Part shown: positions 17,999 through 29,672 of the stretch, in pieces
Layout: every line of letters begins with the position of its first letter
How positions within the stretch are numbered: the stretch's first letter is position 1
Source of the DNA: Thermostichus sp. DRC_bins_24
Lineage (GTDB): Bacteria > Cyanobacteriota > Cyanobacteriia > Thermostichales > Thermostichaceae
DNA: 36,870 bases
NCBI GenBank assembly: GCA_039794845.1
Contig: JAUQVK010000050.1
Location: forward strand, 1-36,870
Reading direction: 5' to 3'
Made by a program: the position numbers and the translations under genes
The notes under the pieces: model-generated
What the model was told of the DNA's origin: nothing
Seen by the model: the letters and a program-made list of their open reading frames with translations, nothing else
Database searches by the model: none

Positions 17999-19996
17999 TC
18001 AAAAGGGCAGCTCCTCCTCCTCTGGGAGCCCTGGGGCAACAGATTTTGGGGAATGGAAGGGGTCTGAGGCCGGGACTTCGTCGCTCGGGTCTGTACCGGA
18101 TAGTAGCTCCAGGGATCCCTCCCCTTCCAACGTCTCAAGTGAGGATGCTTCCGGGAATCCCAGCACTCCTTCCAAATCCACCAGGCTGCCATTGAAGTGG
18201 TCGGCAAAACGACGGGCGATCTCCTCCAGCTCATCAATCGCCGTTAAACCAGCAGGGGGGCTAGGGACGGGGATAGAGCCTGGATTGGGGGATGAAGATG
18301 GCGCTTTTGGGGCCGGAGCCTGGCCCGCTTTTGCAGGGGTGGGCGAAACCCTGTGCCCAGAACTTGCTACACCGATGGCACCCTGGTGGGAAGGCGTGAG
18401 GGGAGAAGACTCTGGGGCTGCCGGGGCAGAAGCATGCCGGCCGGAGGTGGTGTGAACGGCCTCGGTGGACCGTTGCACAACCAAGTTGAGTCGCACAGAG
18501 CGCTGCAACAGGCTTTGGAGCACCGACCGCAGTTCTGCCTCTTTGCTGCGTACCTTTTCAACCAATCCTTTGCTGGGAAAGGCGAGGGTGATCTCTTCTG
18601 GGGTTTCTTGATGCAAATGCCCGGATCCCATCAAGGCTTTGGTGATCGGCGAGAGCCGTTTGAGAAACTCATCCCAACGGGGCCGCAACAGACTGACTGG
18701 GTTGGGGAGCTGCTGAGGTAGGGGATCCCTTGCTTTGGGGGGAGGCTCTGCAGGAGGAGGGGGCGTTACGGGCTGGGTGGGTACCGGCTCGGGGATCGCC
18801 GGATCAACAGCCGCCACAGGAGCCGTTGCTTTGACTGTTTCTGAACCAGGGTGACCCATCCCGTGTTGCTCTGCAACGCCCATGCGACCAGGGTGCTGTA
18901 GCCATAACAAATCGATCAGGGCAATCTCCAACCATAGACGCGGTTGCCCACTCTGGCGTATCTGAGGCTCACACTGGCGCAAATGGCTTTGAGCAGCCAC
19001 GATCTTCTCTACGGAGTAGCTGGGGGCACGCTGTTGCAGGGCTTCCCAGGTGGGATCCGTCAGGGCGACCAACTCCCGCCGGTCTGGCGCCGTTTTGATC
19101 AGCAGCAAATCCCGGTAGAAGGCCACTAAGTTTTGCACCAACACCAAAGGCTCTTTGCCATGCTCCAACAACTGCCGCGCTTGGGATAACACAGCCTGGG
19201 CATCCTGAGCCATGAGCGCATCGAGCAACTCCAGGAGGTGCCGTTCGGGGATCGCCCCCACCAAATCCCAAACTACCTCAGGGGTAATGGAGCCGTCTAA
19301 CAGGCTGAGCTGATCCAAGAGGCTTTCGGCATCCCGCAGTCCCCCCTGGGAAAGTTGGGCCACCAATTGCAGGGCATCGGTTGTGATCGGGATCCCTTCT
19401 TTTGCTGCGATTGTTCCCAGGTGCGCCACCATATCGTTGAGGGGAATGCGCCGATAATCGAAGCGCTGACAACGAGAAATGACAGTGGGCAAAACCCGCT
19501 GAGGATCGGTAGTGGCCAACACAAACACCACATGGGCGGGAGGCTCTTCTAGGGTTTTCAGCAAGGCATTAAATGCAGCATTGCTGAGCATATGGCATTC
19601 ATCGATCACGTAGACCTTGTAGCGACTGTTCACCGGGGCAAACTGCGCCCGTTCGATCAACTCCCGAATGTTGTCTACACCGGTATTGCTGGCAGCATCG
19701 ATCTCGATCACATCCAAGGAGGCCCCCCCCGTGATGGCGCGGCACTGACTGCATACCTGACAGGGATCCGCCGTTGGCCCTCGTTCACAATTCAAAGATT
19801 TGGCCAGAATGCGAGCACTCGAGGTTTTTCCCGTACCGCGTGGCCCGCAGAACAAATAAGCCGGGGCAATACGACCCAAGCGGATGGCATTGGCCAGGGT
19901 TTGTACCACTGCCGATTGACCGACCACATCTGCAAAGCGTTGCGGGCGGTATTTCAAATGGAGTGGTTCGTAGACGTCTTTGCCGCCGGCGGCCAT
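17999..19996 (-). CDS. dnaX: DNA polymerase III subunit gamma/tau
   Basis: KYRPQRF, Walker A GPRGTGKTS, zinc motif C..C..C, EIDAAS, IDECHML, FNALLKTLEEP, SRCQ, followed by a Pro-rich linker. Confidence 0.97.
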   Translation of the reverse strand: MAAGGKDVYEPLHLKYRPQRFADVVGQSAVVQTLANAIRLGRIAPAYLFCGPRGTGKTSSARILAKSLNCERGPTADPCQVCSQCRAITGGASLDVIEIDAASNTGVDNIRELIERAQFAPVNSRYKVYVIDECHMLSNAAFNALLKTLEEPPAHVVFVLATTDPQRVLPTVISRCQRFDYRRIPLNDMVAHLGTIAAKEGIPITTDALQLVAQLSQGGLRDAESLLDQLSLLDGSITPEVVWDLVGAIPERHLLELLDALMAQDAQAVLSQARQLLEHGKEPLVLVQNLVAFYRDLLLIKTAPDRRELVALTDPTWEALQQRAPSYSVEKIVAAQSHLRQCEPQIRQSGQPRLWLEIALIDLLWLQHPGRMGVAEQHGMGHPGSETVKATAPVAAVDPAIPEPVPTQPVTPPPPAEPPPKARDPLPQQLPNPVSLLRPRWDEFLKRLSPITKALMGSGHLHQETPEEITLAFPSKGLVEKVRSKEAELRSVLQSLLQRSVRLNLVVQRSTEAVHTTSGRHASAPAAPESSPLTPSHQGAIGVASSGHRVSPTPAKAGQAPAPKAPSSSPNPGSIPVPSPPAGLTAIDELEEIARRFADHFNGSLVDLEGVLGFPEASSLETLEGEGSLELLSGTDPSDEVPASDPFHSPKSVAPGLPEEEELPF

Positions 19997-20315
19997 TCTT
20001 TAGCCCTCAACCCACACACAGCACAAACGGGTATGGCGCTAGCCTATCCAATTGTGGCCGGTGCAACCATGACATACTCCCCACATACTCCCCGACGCCG
20101 TGGTCTGTTTGGGGTTGCGGCCCACTTAGCAGAGGCCTCTCAGGGGTTCCCAGCCTTTGGCAGGCGTTGCCTGAGCCCCCACCCCGTGGTGCCGACTCGT
20201 CTCTTGGCCCATTCCTGTGGGAAGAGAGAGCTGTTTTTCCCTTCCCCTAGTGCTTCCCCTGCGGATGTCGGGTAGATTTGGCGGTAGCCATCGCCGAAGT
20301 ATGGGTCAACGCGCT

Positions 20316-21104
20316 ATGAACAGCCCGGTTCAGGATCCTGATCCCACTGCCTCGTCCAAATCCCAGAAGGACAGCCCAGGTGGGAGGCTTCTCATCAGGA
20401 GGCTCCTCAAAGGTCTCGGCCTTGGCCTGTTTTCCGGATCCCTGATGTTGGGGTGGTGGGCCTTCAAGCCCCTGACTTGGGCACAAGAGGCAGAGCTAGA
20501 CCTAGAAACTGAGACTTTTGTGCCGGGGGGTAACATCGACCCGGCTTCGCAAATCCGGGTGCGCAATGAGCTGGTGACAATCTGCGGTGATTACCGCTGT
20601 GAAGGGTATCGCTTTACGGTGCGGGTGTTGATCGGCCCCGAGGATACTCTAGAGAGCCTGTTGGAGCGACTGGATACGGGAATGTTGCGGGAGGTGGATC
20701 GGGTATTTCAAACTCGGCCGGATCTGAACCGCGTCATCGTCGATGGCTACGTCTTCTCGGGGACTCCCGCCTTTGCCAGCCGGGAAGTTTTGCTACAAAC
20801 GATGTTTGTGCCCCGTCACCGCTGGGAGGTGGGCCGTTTTGGGCTGGAGCAAGATGCAGTTTTCTACAGCGAGCTGTTGGGGCAGGTGACTCCTCTGCTT
20901 ACACCGCCCCCACCGCCCGAAGCGGAGCCAGAGGAGACTTTGCCCCCGCTGCCCGACCTCCCCCCAGAGACTCCCGAACCTTTTGAAACGCCTGTGCCCG
21001 AAGAAACTCCCCTGATCGAGGAGACACCGATACCAGAAGAGACCCCCGAAGCTCCCCCACCACCGGAGGGGGATGTGATCGAGCGACAGCCCATTCAGCC
21101 TTAA
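20316..21104 (+). CDS. Hypothetical membrane-anchored or exported protein with a Pro/Glu-rich repetitive C-terminus
   Basis: Hydrophobic segment LLKGLGLGLFSGSLMLGWWAF..AQE and C-terminal (E/F)ETPxP hexapeptide repeats. The start is uncertain. Confidence 0.75.
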   Translation: MNSPVQDPDPTASSKSQKDSPGGRLLIRRLLKGLGLGLFSGSLMLGWWAFKPLTWAQEAELDLETETFVPGGNIDPASQIRVRNELVTICGDYRCEGYRFTVRVLIGPEDTLESLLERLDTGMLREVDRVFQTRPDLNRVIVDGYVFSGTPAFASREVLLQTMFVPRHRWEVGRFGLEQDAVFYSELLGQVTPLLTPPPPPEAEPEETLPPLPDLPPETPEPFETPVPEETPLIEETPIPEETPEAPPPPEGDVIERQPIQP

Positions 21105-21182
21105 TCGGGTCGACCTGAGTTCTCGGATGGGCAGACGGCAGGTTGTTTCCGACCCTGCATCCTCCCCTGTCTCAAGAGTATG

Positions 21183-22667
21183 TCACTCTTCAGAGGGTTC
21201 CAGCTTGGGATCCAGGCTCTTGGCGGTGAGGCGGAGGGCTTCCGCCTGATCCATCACCCGCGGGGCTGCTGCTGCTGCCTCAATGCCCTGGCCATAGCTC
21301 TCCCACAGGGACATTTCTGGATAGGTCTGTTGCAGCTCGCCGATTTGATCCAGAAGGGCCTCTAGCCAGCCGGCACTGCTCCAGGTGAGCAAAAATTGGA
21401 AGGGGTTCCAGAGGTTCAGTTGTCGCCCCAATTCGTTCAGGCCTTCGTTGCGAATGGGCGGATCAAAGGTATCGGCCACCGCCATCAACTGCCGTGCCAA
21501 CAGGGGTTTAAGGGTTTTCTCGGCTGCCTCGGTCACCGCCGGGATGGCTGCCCGGATGCGATCAGGGCTGGGAATGTTCCGCGCTTGGGGCAAAGCTTGT
21601 AACACCAACTCCAGCCGTCGCCCCGCCTCTGCCGATTCCAGGGCTGCTTCCAGGGTCGTGCCGACGCTGAGAAACACTTCTCCTGTCAACAGCCGCATTG
21701 CATCGATCACCAGGTGATACAGAGGCGGGATCAAGAGCTTAATCCATTCGCTCTGGAAAAACTCCCGCAGCCGCCGTGCTACGTAATCCCCCACTTGGGT
21801 GGTTTGGATCCCTATCTGGGTGAGGTTGAGATACCAGTCATCACCGGGGGGGGATCCCTTGGGATCCAGCCAACGGCGTAGGGTCTGCCATTCCTCTTCG
21901 GTGAGCGCGGTTCGTCCCTGTTTCAGACCCGTCTGCCGCAATTTGCCATCGGCGCTCAAGAGTTTGCGCAGCTCCGGCGTGCCCAGCAAAGACAGGGCCC
22001 CTGCCGACCCCACGCTGCCGATCTCGATGGCGATCAAAGTGGTCAGTAGGGCAGCTGAGGCTTTCACCTGGATCTGGCCGGTTTTGTCCATCACCAGGGG
22101 CATGCGGCTGTTGCCATAGGCGCGGGCGCTCATCGCTTCCAAGGAGGCGCGGAGGTCAGGCGAAAGGAAAGAAGAAGGGATCCCATCGGTTTCCGGCTCT
22201 GGATCGGGGTGTTCCCGCACCCATTGGTGCAGCAGGCTCGCCACCAGCGCCCGATCGGAGGCCCGCTGCAAGGAGAGGATCACCACTTCCCACTGGCTAG
22301 GGTTGAGCAGGGGCAAAAGCGCTTGCAATTCTTGCTGGAGCGGTTCTAAAGATGCCGCTGTTTCGGCCCGTTCCAGAGCCCTTTGCAGCCGATCCCGCGC
22401 CTCTCGGCACAGCCCTCCCCATTCCAATTGCAGCCGTGCCAGCGTTTGTTGCACGGTTTCTTCCGAGCGCCGCGGTAGCTCCTGCCATCCTGCCTCCAGC
22501 TGCCGCAACAACTCCTCCCAGTTCAGTCCGGCAGCAGGGGGGGAAGCTGAACCGTTGACAGAATGGGCTGACTCTGGGGCAGCAGACTCAGTGACCGTAG
22601 AAGATTCGGAGGAGGACTCAGATGAGGACAGCGGGACAGCGTTTTGGAGCTTGGGGTCATCCAACAT
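21183..22667 (-). CDS. Hypothetical helical protein (about 494 aa)
   Basis: Long ORF co-oriented directly after argC with protein-like L/E/A/Q-rich composition. No domain recognised. The start was chosen to avoid overlap with argC. Confidence 0.75.
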   Translation of the reverse strand: MLDDPKLQNAVPLSSSESSSESSTVTESAAPESAHSVNGSASPPAAGLNWEELLRQLEAGWQELPRRSEETVQQTLARLQLEWGGLCREARDRLQRALERAETAASLEPLQQELQALLPLLNPSQWEVVILSLQRASDRALVASLLHQWVREHPDPEPETDGIPSSFLSPDLRASLEAMSARAYGNSRMPLVMDKTGQIQVKASAALLTTLIAIEIGSVGSAGALSLLGTPELRKLLSADGKLRQTGLKQGRTALTEEEWQTLRRWLDPKGSPPGDDWYLNLTQIGIQTTQVGDYVARRLREFFQSEWIKLLIPPLYHLVIDAMRLLTGEVFLSVGTTLEAALESAEAGRRLELVLQALPQARNIPSPDRIRAAIPAVTEAAEKTLKPLLARQLMAVADTFDPPIRNEGLNELGRQLNLWNPFQFLLTWSSAGWLEALLDQIGELQQTYPEMSLWESYGQGIEAAAAAPRVMDQAEALRLTAKSLDPKLEPSEE

Positions 22668-22705
22668 GAGCAAAATCGGCCTCAGAAGGGCTACCGGCAT
22701 TATAG

Positions 22706-23818
22706 CTAGGGGTAAAAAGCCAGCTGTGGCAAGCCCAGGGTTTCCGGCCACCCCATCATCAGGTTCAGGCACTGCACCGCCTGTCCGGCTTGCCCCTTCA
22801 TCAGATTGTCAATCACCGAGAGAACGATGACGCGATTGGTGCGGCTATCCACCTCCACCCCGATCATGCAGTTGTTGGTGCCCGAGACCCATTTGGTTTG
22901 GGGGTAAATGCCCCATGGCAGCATCTTCACCCAGGCGCACTGACGATAAAAGGCGTTGTAGATGGTGAGCAGATCTTCCCCCACCAGGCCGGGATCCCGT
23001 AGGGTGGCGTAGAGGGTGACGAGAATGCCCCGCACCATCGGCACCAGATGGGGGGTAAATTGCACCGTGACCGGGGTATGGGCCAAGTCGGTGCAGGCTT
23101 GCTCGATCTCAGGGGTATGGCGATGTTGGGCCACCCCGTAGGCGGCAAAAGATCCATCCACTTCAGCAAACAGGGATCCCACCTTAGCGGCTCGGCCTGC
23201 CCCAGAAACACCCGATTTGGCATCAAAAATGAGGCTGTCTGGCTCCACCAATCCCTGCCGCAAGAGGGGGGCTACCGCCAAGAGTGAGGCCGTCGGATAG
23301 CAGCCGGGGCACCCCACCAATTGCGCTTGGGCGATCGATTCCCGGTACAGTTCCGGTAACCCGTAGACGGCCCCCTCGTTGGCTTGGCGATATTCAGGGC
23401 TAGGCCAGCCGGGATCCGTTTTGCCCATGCGATACCAAGACTGATAGGTGGCCAGATTGCGAAAGCGGTAGTCCGCCGACAGATCCAAAACCTTGCACCC
23501 TTTAGCCAATAGGGGCGGAGCCAGCTCAGAGGCTAGGCCATTGGGCAAAGACAAAAACACCACATCGCTGCTGGCGGCAATTTGATCCACCTCCACCGGC
23601 TGAATCGGCAGATCCACCGCATGGGCCAGCTGGGGGTAGAGATCCCCGTATCGCTTGCCGGCACTGTCTTGGCCGGCCAGGTAGGTCATCTGAACGCCAG
23701 GATGTTCGCTCAGCAACCGCACCAGTTGTACCCCTCCGTAGCCAGAGGCACCGACGATACCGACACGAACAGCCTCTGTGGGGTGAGAAGGGCGGGGCGC
23801 TTGAGCACTGTTGGACAT
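22706..23818 (-). CDS. argC: N-acetyl-gamma-glutamyl-phosphate reductase
   Basis: [60 protein letters not shown]. Confidence 0.97.
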   Translation of the reverse strand: MSNSAQAPRPSHPTEAVRVGIVGASGYGGVQLVRLLSEHPGVQMTYLAGQDSAGKRYGDLYPQLAHAVDLPIQPVEVDQIAASSDVVFLSLPNGLASELAPPLLAKGCKVLDLSADYRFRNLATYQSWYRMGKTDPGWPSPEYRQANEGAVYGLPELYRESIAQAQLVGCPGCYPTASLLAVAPLLRQGLVEPDSLIFDAKSGVSGAGRAAKVGSLFAEVDGSFAAYGVAQHRHTPEIEQACTDLAHTPVTVQFTPHLVPMVRGILVTLYATLRDPGLVGEDLLTIYNAFYRQCAWVKMLPWGIYPQTKWVSGTNNCMIGVEVDSRTNRVIVLSVIDNLMKGQAGQAVQCLNLMMGWPETLGLPQLAFYP

Positions 23819-24123
23819 GACCGGTCGCCTGCGCAAAAGAGATTGCATTACTTTTATCGCATTTGGCCGGATCTCGTCTTGTCCGAAGACCAGAAGCAGC
23901 TAGCCGGGCAGTGGGAGCACCCCGGCAGTTTCCGCTGTTACCGCCACCGAAAAGGAGTTTGTTATGCTGATTCACTAAGAACCTGGGGCACTCTGATCTT
24001 GGCAGGCTACGGCTCTTGCGCAGGTTCCCTACAGCGAGGTTATGGCTGTGGCTGATCGTCAGGGTTGGAACTGACAGCTTCTACCGTGGTCAATGACTAG
24101 CAAATGACTAGCAAAAGAGCTGT

Positions 24124-24405
24124 ATGTACTATGAGCGACAGATTAACATCATCTTGCGGGCCTACGGCCAGAGCAGCCGCCACGGGCTGGATCAAGAAAC
24201 CCTGACCCTTTACACAGAAGGCCCCTACACCCTCTATAAGCTCACTTCCCATTTCGACCGCCGCTCCATTTTTGTTTTGGCGCAAAACCAGCGGGATGTG
24301 TTCGTTTCCGGCGATGCTTTCAACAACAAGCTGATCCCCGGCGATTGGCAGGAGTGGCTGCAGCAGAAGGCCTTGAGCATTGCCCCGGATGTGGAAGCAG
24401 GTTAG
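24124..24405 (+). CDS. Hypothetical protein (93 aa)
   Basis: ATG-started ORF filling the argC-comB gap with plausible composition. No family recognised. Confidence 0.6.
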   Translation: MYYERQINIILRAYGQSSRHGLDQETLTLYTEGPYTLYKLTSHFDRRSIFVLAQNQRDVFVSGDAFNNKLIPGDWQEWLQQKALSIAPDVEAG

Positions 24406-24507
24406 TCGGAGCTTATCGGGGTGTGGAGGGATCCCTGCCAACCCAAGTGACCCGCCAGGCCCCGTCACCCCGATTCATAGCCCCCGCTGTAGCCCAGCCG
24501 CATCCAT

Positions 24508-25233
24508 CTAGGCCAGAACCCCCGGCTGGATCTGCCGGGGCACCACCGCCAAGCAGTCTAGCTTGGCGCAATAGGCCAGATCCGTGTCATTGTCCAGGCT
24601 AATGCCCAAGAGCCGCTGCCCATGACTGGAGTGCCGCAACAAAGCCAACAGATCCGTTTGCCAGGTGTGGTAGAGGGCCAGTGCCGCGACAGCCTCATCG
24701 TTGCCCAGTTGCTCAAGTTGGGTTTGACAGCCAAGCCGATGCAAGATCGCCCCGGCACAGACGGTATCTTCCAAAGAAAAAGCCCCCTCCCAGCCGGATC
24801 CCACCAGCCACACCTCCTCAAAAGCCCCTGCCTTGAGAAAATCCACCACCGCCCCCAAATTCACCAGGGCTGCCGTAATCACCACAGGGATCCCTTCGAT
24901 GCGTTGGAGGCTGCGGGTGCCGTTGGTGGTGCTCATGAAAATGCGTTTGTCCTGAACCCGCTCCGGTGTGTAGTCCAGGGGAGAATTGCCGAGGTCAAAT
25001 CCCTCCACCGTCTTGCCCCCTCGCTCCCCGGCCAACAGCCGCTTGGAAGGGGGCCAAGCTTGGCTTACCTCCTGCAGCTGCTGCAAATCGGCAAACACCT
25101 GTACCGCTTCTGCTCCCGCCGCCAGCGCCGTGGCAATGGTCGTGGTAGCCCGCAACACATCGATGGCCACCGCACACTCCGGGATCCCGGATAGGGGCAC
25201 CTGCTCGGGCGTATGAAAATGGAAAAAACGCAT
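24508..25233 (-). CDS. comB: 2-phosphosulfolactate phosphatase family protein
   Basis: [43 protein letters not shown]. Confidence 0.92.
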   Translation of the reverse strand: MRFFHFHTPEQVPLSGIPECAVAIDVLRATTTIATALAAGAEAVQVFADLQQLQEVSQAWPPSKRLLAGERGGKTVEGFDLGNSPLDYTPERVQDKRIFMSTTNGTRSLQRIEGIPVVITAALVNLGAVVDFLKAGAFEEVWLVGSGWEGAFSLEDTVCAGAILHRLGCQTQLEQLGNDEAVAALALYHTWQTDLLALLRHSSHGQRLLGISLDNDTDLAYCAKLDCLAVVPRQIQPGVLA

Positions 25234-25252
25234 GGGGGAATGAAGTAAAGGA

Positions 25253-26026
25253 TCAAAATTGACGACGGGCGAACACCAACACCGCCAGAATCAGGAGCAG
25301 GAGCGTGTAAACCAAACCATAGAGGGCATCCCCCAGCAACTCTCCTGCCGGTGGAATTTGGCCGTAAACAGCGGCATCCCTTAGGTTAAGCCGTTCCAGA
25401 TCGGGCAAAACCAAATAGATCACCTCGAACACCCGGCCAAACCCGGCATCTTCCACCAACCGGCTCAGTTGCAGCAGAGCACGGCTGGCATGGCCCATCA
25501 GGAACAGGGCAATGGTGTAGAGGGTGGCCAAAATCGAGGAGGTGAACACCCCAAACACCAGCGCCGCCGCCACGATCAACACCAGCTCCAGAAAGGTAAA
25601 CGCCGCCGCCCAGAGAATGGCGATTACGGGGATCTCCGCCTGCACCAGCAGTAGGCCTAGCAAAAAAATCGCCGTCATGATCAGCAGCAGCACCGATAGC
25701 AAAGCCGACAGTCCCAGATGCTTACCAACGATGAACTCCGCCCGGCTCATGGGTTTGGCGATCAACACGTAGACCGTGCGCTTTTCGATCTCTTTATTCA
25801 CCAAGCCGGTCCCAACAAAGATTGCGACAATCAGCCCGAGAAAATGAATTGCCGCCAGCCCCAAGTCGGCAATGATCTTGTTGTGGGCTTGGTTGGCCAC
25901 CTCGGGGATCAAGAGAACCGCCCCCAACATGACCACCGCGAACACCATTACCAGGTAGAGAATTCGATCCCGAATCGTTTCCCGGAAAACATTATGGGCA
26001 ATGGCCACCACTCGCAACGCATCCAT
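25253..26026 (-). CDS. ABC transporter permease (ABC-2/PilI-like)
   Basis: [34 protein letters not shown], six transmembrane segments, ends FARRQF. Confidence 0.88.
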   Translation of the reverse strand: MDALRVVAIAHNVFRETIRDRILYLVMVFAVVMLGAVLLIPEVANQAHNKIIADLGLAAIHFLGLIVAIFVGTGLVNKEIEKRTVYVLIAKPMSRAEFIVGKHLGLSALLSVLLLIMTAIFLLGLLLVQAEIPVIAILWAAAFTFLELVLIVAAALVFGVFTSSILATLYTIALFLMGHASRALLQLSRLVEDAGFGRVFEVIYLVLPDLERLNLRDAAVYGQIPPAGELLGDALYGLVYTLLLLILAVLVFARRQF

Positions 26027-26087
26027 GATTTGACCTGAAGCCGTGACGGTCTGGCTATACACTTGTAGCAGATCCAACTTTCATTCT

Positions 26088-26345
26088 ATGCAGTTCCAGG
26101 CCCAGATTCAGATTCACCTGCGCCCTTCTGTGCTTGATCCTGCCGGGGTCGCCGTCCAGTCCAGCCTACATCAGCTGGGGCATACCCAGGTGCAACAGGT
26201 GCGCATCGGCAAACACATTCGACTGCAGCTAGAAGCCCCGGATGCTGAGACGGCGCAAAAACGGGTGGGGGAACTGTGCGAGCAACTGCTGGCCAACCCG
26301 GTGATCGAAACCTATCACATTCAAGTGGATCCCATCGCTGCTTGA
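26088..26345 (+). CDS. purS: Phosphoribosylformylglycinamidine synthase subunit PurS
   Basis: [23 protein letters not shown], directly upstream of purQ. Confidence 0.95.
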   Translation: MQFQAQIQIHLRPSVLDPAGVAVQSSLHQLGHTQVQQVRIGKHIRLQLEAPDAETAQKRVGELCEQLLANPVIETYHIQVDPIAA

Positions 26346-26388
26346 ATTCACTTACCCTCTGTGCCACTGTCTTTCCCAAGGGATCCCG

Positions 26389-27066
26389 ATGTCCAGCGTC
26401 AAGTTCGGTATTGTCGTCTTTCCGGGTTCCAATTGCGACCGGGATGTTGCCTGGGTAACGAGGGGGCTGTTGGGGTGCCCCACCCGCCTGATCTGGCATT
26501 CGGAGTCGGATCTGTCGGGATTGGATGTGGTGGTGTTGCCGGGGGGCTTCAGCTACGGAGACTATTTGCGCTGTGGGGCGATTGCCCGATTTGCCCCGGT
26601 GATGGGATCCCTCCAGGAACATGTGGCGCGGGGGGGTTATGTGCTGGGTATTTGCAATGGCTTTCAGATCTTGACCGAGGCGGGGCTGCTGCCGGGGGCA
26701 CTGGTGCGCAACGCCAATTTACATTTCATCTGCGCACGCGTCGGCATTCAAGTGGAGCGGCAGGATTTAATCTGGACGAGTGCCTACCCCCAGGGATCCC
26801 CCCTGACGTTGCCGATTGCCCATGGGGAAGGGCGCTACACCTGCGAGCCGGATACCCTTAAGCAGCTTCAGGATCAAGGGCAGATCGTGTTTCGCTATCG
26901 GCCCCCGGCTCCCAATGGATCCCTAGATGGCATTGCTGGCCTTTGCAACCCTACCGGGCGCGTCCTGGGTCTGATGCCCCACCCGGAACGAGCTGCCGAT
27001 CCCGACTTGCCCGGAACCGATGGGATGCCACTGTGGCAGTCTATTTTGCAGAGTTTCGCCCCCTAG
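26389..27066 (+). CDS. purQ: Phosphoribosylformylglycinamidine synthase glutaminase subunit PurQ
   Basis: [36 protein letters not shown]. Confidence 0.97.
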   Translation: MSSVKFGIVVFPGSNCDRDVAWVTRGLLGCPTRLIWHSESDLSGLDVVVLPGGFSYGDYLRCGAIARFAPVMGSLQEHVARGGYVLGICNGFQILTEAGLLPGALVRNANLHFICARVGIQVERQDLIWTSAYPQGSPLTLPIAHGEGRYTCEPDTLKQLQDQGQIVFRYRPPAPNGSLDGIAGLCNPTGRVLGLMPHPERAADPDLPGTDGMPLWQSILQSFAP

Positions 27067-27087
27067 CCGCTACCCGGGGAAAAACGC

Positions 27088-27507
27088 TCAAGCCTGCTGG
27101 GGTTCTTCCAAAGGCTGCGGCAAAACCTTACGGACTTGATTCACCATGTCTTCGTGATCCACCACCGGCTTGGCAATGTAGCCATCGGCCCCACTTTGCG
27201 CCAAAAACGCCTCGCGATCGCCGCGCATGGCATGGGCGGTCACCAAAATCACGGGAATAGAACGACTGTCGGGATCCGCTTTCAGCAATTGGGCAATGCG
27301 GATCCCGTCTACGGCCTCGCCGCGAAAGGTGCTCTGGGAAAGGGAGACATCCAGCAGAATCACATCCACCTCATGCCTCTGGGCCAGCTTCAGAATGTGC
27401 TCCACATCTTGGCTGTGAAAGACCTCGAAGCCGCCGCGCCGCCGCAACACTTTATCGAAAACCCGGGCATTGACCGGATCGTCTTCCACCAGCAGCACTG
27501 TCGCCAT
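27088..27507 (-). CDS. Single-domain response regulator (CheY/DivK-like)
   Basis: LLVEDD, phospho-acceptor in ILLDVSL, VTAHAM, YIAKP. Confidence 0.92.
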   Translation of the reverse strand: MATVLLVEDDPVNARVFDKVLRRRGGFEVFHSQDVEHILKLAQRHEVDVILLDVSLSQSTFRGEAVDGIRIAQLLKADPDSRSIPVILVTAHAMRGDREAFLAQSGADGYIAKPVVDHEDMVNQVRKVLPQPLEEPQQA

Positions 27508-27634
27508 TGTCAATCGAGATCTGGAATGTCACTGCGATTTTAACGATCTTAAAAGGGGAGGGGGCAAGGGATCTCCGCCAAAATGCTGAGAAATGCTCCT
27601 GAGAGCTTTGTGAAACTCACCCTTTAGCCCCCAC

Positions 27635-27664
27635 AAAACAAAGCCGGAGAGATCTCCCCGGCTT
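27635..27664 (-). terminator. Intrinsic terminator of psbB-psbT
   Basis: Minus strand AAGCCGGGGA-GATC-TCTCCGGCTT followed by TGTTTT. Confidence 0.75.
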
Positions 27665-27724
27665 AGTAGGCGGATGACAGTCTGACAGCAGTGTCAACGC
27701 ATCACAACCGTTGCTGACCCCGGC

Positions 27725-27823
27725 TCACTTTTTGGTGATTTTGGGGGTTTCCCGGAAAGCGACGGCGAAAAACAGCACGCCCAAGGTGAGAAACAGAATA
27801 AAGGTGTAGGCAATGGCCTCCAT
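27725..27823 (-). CDS. psbT: Photosystem II reaction center protein T
   Basis: [42 protein letters not shown], downstream of psbB. Confidence 0.97.
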   Translation of the reverse strand: MEAIAYTFILFLTLGVLFFAVAFRETPKITKK

Positions 27824-27949
27824 ACAAAACCTCCTCGTCAGCGTTTTTAAGATGGGCTTGATTCCGCTTGATTCCAGATTAACTTGAAGCCGCCAGCACC
27901 CCATCTCCACAGCGAAACAGAGTGCCGACGGTCATCGGGTCAAAGGACT

Positions 27950-29482
27950 TCAGGCCTCTTGGGTCTTGCGAGTGGAGGGATCCCCCAATTTTTGGAAGAC
28001 ACCGAATTCCACCATTTCCTCGCTCATGTTCGGGTCAATACCGGCAAACACATCCCGGAACAGGGTGCGAGCGCCGTGCCAAATGTGGCCGAAGAAGAAC
28101 AGTAGCGCAAAGACCGCATGGCCAAAGGTAAACCAACCGCGGGGGCTGGTGTGGAAGGTGCCATCCGCCTTGGGAGTTTCGCGGTCGAACTCAAACAACT
28201 GACCCAACTGGGCTTTACGAGCATATTTCTTCACAGTGGCGGGATCGGTGAAGATTTGGCCGTCCAACTTACCGCCGAAGAACTCGACCGTAACTCCCAC
28301 CTGCTCAAAGCTGTAGCGAGACTCCGCCCGACGGAAGGGAATGTCCGCCCGCACCACGCCATCGGCATCCCGCAAAATCACCGGGAAGGTCTCAAAGAAG
28401 TTGGGCAACCGCTGTACCGTCAGCTCCCGCCCTTCCTGATCACGGAACACAGGGTAGCCAAGCCATTCGGTGGCGATGCCATCCCCCTTGTTCATGGGGC
28501 CGGCCCGGAACAAACCACCCTTGGCGGGGCTGTTGCCCACGTAATCGTAGAACAGCAGGGATCCCGGTAGAGAATCGTAGGCCTCACTGCGGGTCATACC
28601 GGCTTCCATAGCGGCATTCACCCGGCGGTTAATCTCTTGGTTGAAGTAGCCGGAATCCCACTGATAGCGGGTCGGGCCAAACAGCTCCACCGGCGTGGTG
28701 GCGCTGCCGTACCACATCGTACCGGCCACCACAAAGCCCGCAAAAAACACCGCCGCAATCGAGCTGGAGAGCACCGTCTCGATATTCCCCATCCGCAGGG
28801 CGCGATAGAGGCGCTGGGGGGGACGCACCGTCAGGTGAAATAGGCCGGCGATAATGCCGACGATGCCGGCGGCAATGTGGTGGGCAACCACACCCCCCGC
28901 GTTGTAGGGATTAAACCCGGCCGGCCCCCATTCCGGCGCTACCGGCTGCACATGCCCCGTCGTTGCGTAGGGATCGCTCACCCACATTCCAGGGCCAAAT
29001 ACCCCGGTCAGGTGAAAAGCCCCAAAACCGAAGCAGAGGATCCCGGCCAACAGCAGGTGGATCCCGAACATTTTCGGCAAATCCAGAGCCGGCTCACCTG
29101 TGCGGGGATCCCGGAACAGCTCCAGATCCCAGTACACCCAGTGCCAGCAAGCGGCCAAAAAGAGCAGCCCGGACAGAACAATGTGGGCAGTGGCTACCCC
29201 TTCAAAGGTCCAGAAGCCCGCATTGGCAACGCTCTCACCATAGATATTCCAGCCACCCCAGGAGTTTTCCACCCCGAGGCGCGCCATAAATGGCATTACA
29301 AACATGCCCTGACGCCACATCGGGTTCAGGACGGGATCCGACGGATCAAAAATTGCCGTTTCATAAAGCGCCATCGATCCGGCCCAACCTGCTACCAGAG
29401 CGGTATGCATGAGGTGCACCGAGATCAGGCGACCTGGGTCATTCAGTACAACCGTATGGACCCGATACCACGGTAGTCCCAT
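27950..29482 (-). CDS. psbB: Photosystem II CP47 chlorophyll-binding protein
   Basis: [19 protein letters not shown]...[16 protein letters not shown]...FQKLGD. Confidence 0.99.
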   Translation of the reverse strand: MGLPWYRVHTVVLNDPGRLISVHLMHTALVAGWAGSMALYETAIFDPSDPVLNPMWRQGMFVMPFMARLGVENSWGGWNIYGESVANAGFWTFEGVATAHIVLSGLLFLAACWHWVYWDLELFRDPRTGEPALDLPKMFGIHLLLAGILCFGFGAFHLTGVFGPGMWVSDPYATTGHVQPVAPEWGPAGFNPYNAGGVVAHHIAAGIVGIIAGLFHLTVRPPQRLYRALRMGNIETVLSSSIAAVFFAGFVVAGTMWYGSATTPVELFGPTRYQWDSGYFNQEINRRVNAAMEAGMTRSEAYDSLPGSLLFYDYVGNSPAKGGLFRAGPMNKGDGIATEWLGYPVFRDQEGRELTVQRLPNFFETFPVILRDADGVVRADIPFRRAESRYSFEQVGVTVEFFGGKLDGQIFTDPATVKKYARKAQLGQLFEFDRETPKADGTFHTSPRGWFTFGHAVFALLFFFGHIWHGARTLFRDVFAGIDPNMSEEMVEFGVFQKLGDPSTRKTQEA

Positions 29483-29666
29483 AAAGTTCGGTCCTCCACG
29501 TTCTCCAACAAGTGCGCGATATCCAAGAAAAAATTAAGCCGACATCTTCACCTGGGATCCTGACCTGAGCAGTCTCTTCAGTGTTGAGGGGTGCCGCACC
29601 CGCTTGAACCCCTAAGCGCACCCCGAAAGGATATCGCTCTCAGAATCTTCATCACGGGCATCAAAC

Positions 29667-29672
29667 AGTATA
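29667..29672 (-). promoter_or_regulatory. Candidate -10 element for psbB
   Basis: TATACT on the minus strand about 185 nt upstream of psbB. Confidence 0.35.

Noticed and set aside
19580..19620. Possible intein in DnaX, at the site used in some cyanobacteria
   Set aside because: The sequence reads IDECHMLS uninterrupted, so this is an intein-free allele. I also saw no AAAAAAG-type frameshift signal for gamma/tau.
20000..20315. SRP RNA (ffs) upstream of dnaX
   Set aside because: The conserved domain IV motif (CAGG.CCGGAAGG.AGCAGC) was not found on either strand.
24508..25233. comB as evidence of coenzyme M biosynthesis
   Set aside because: ComB-family phosphatases are widespread in cyanobacteria without the pathway, and no other com genes are present here.
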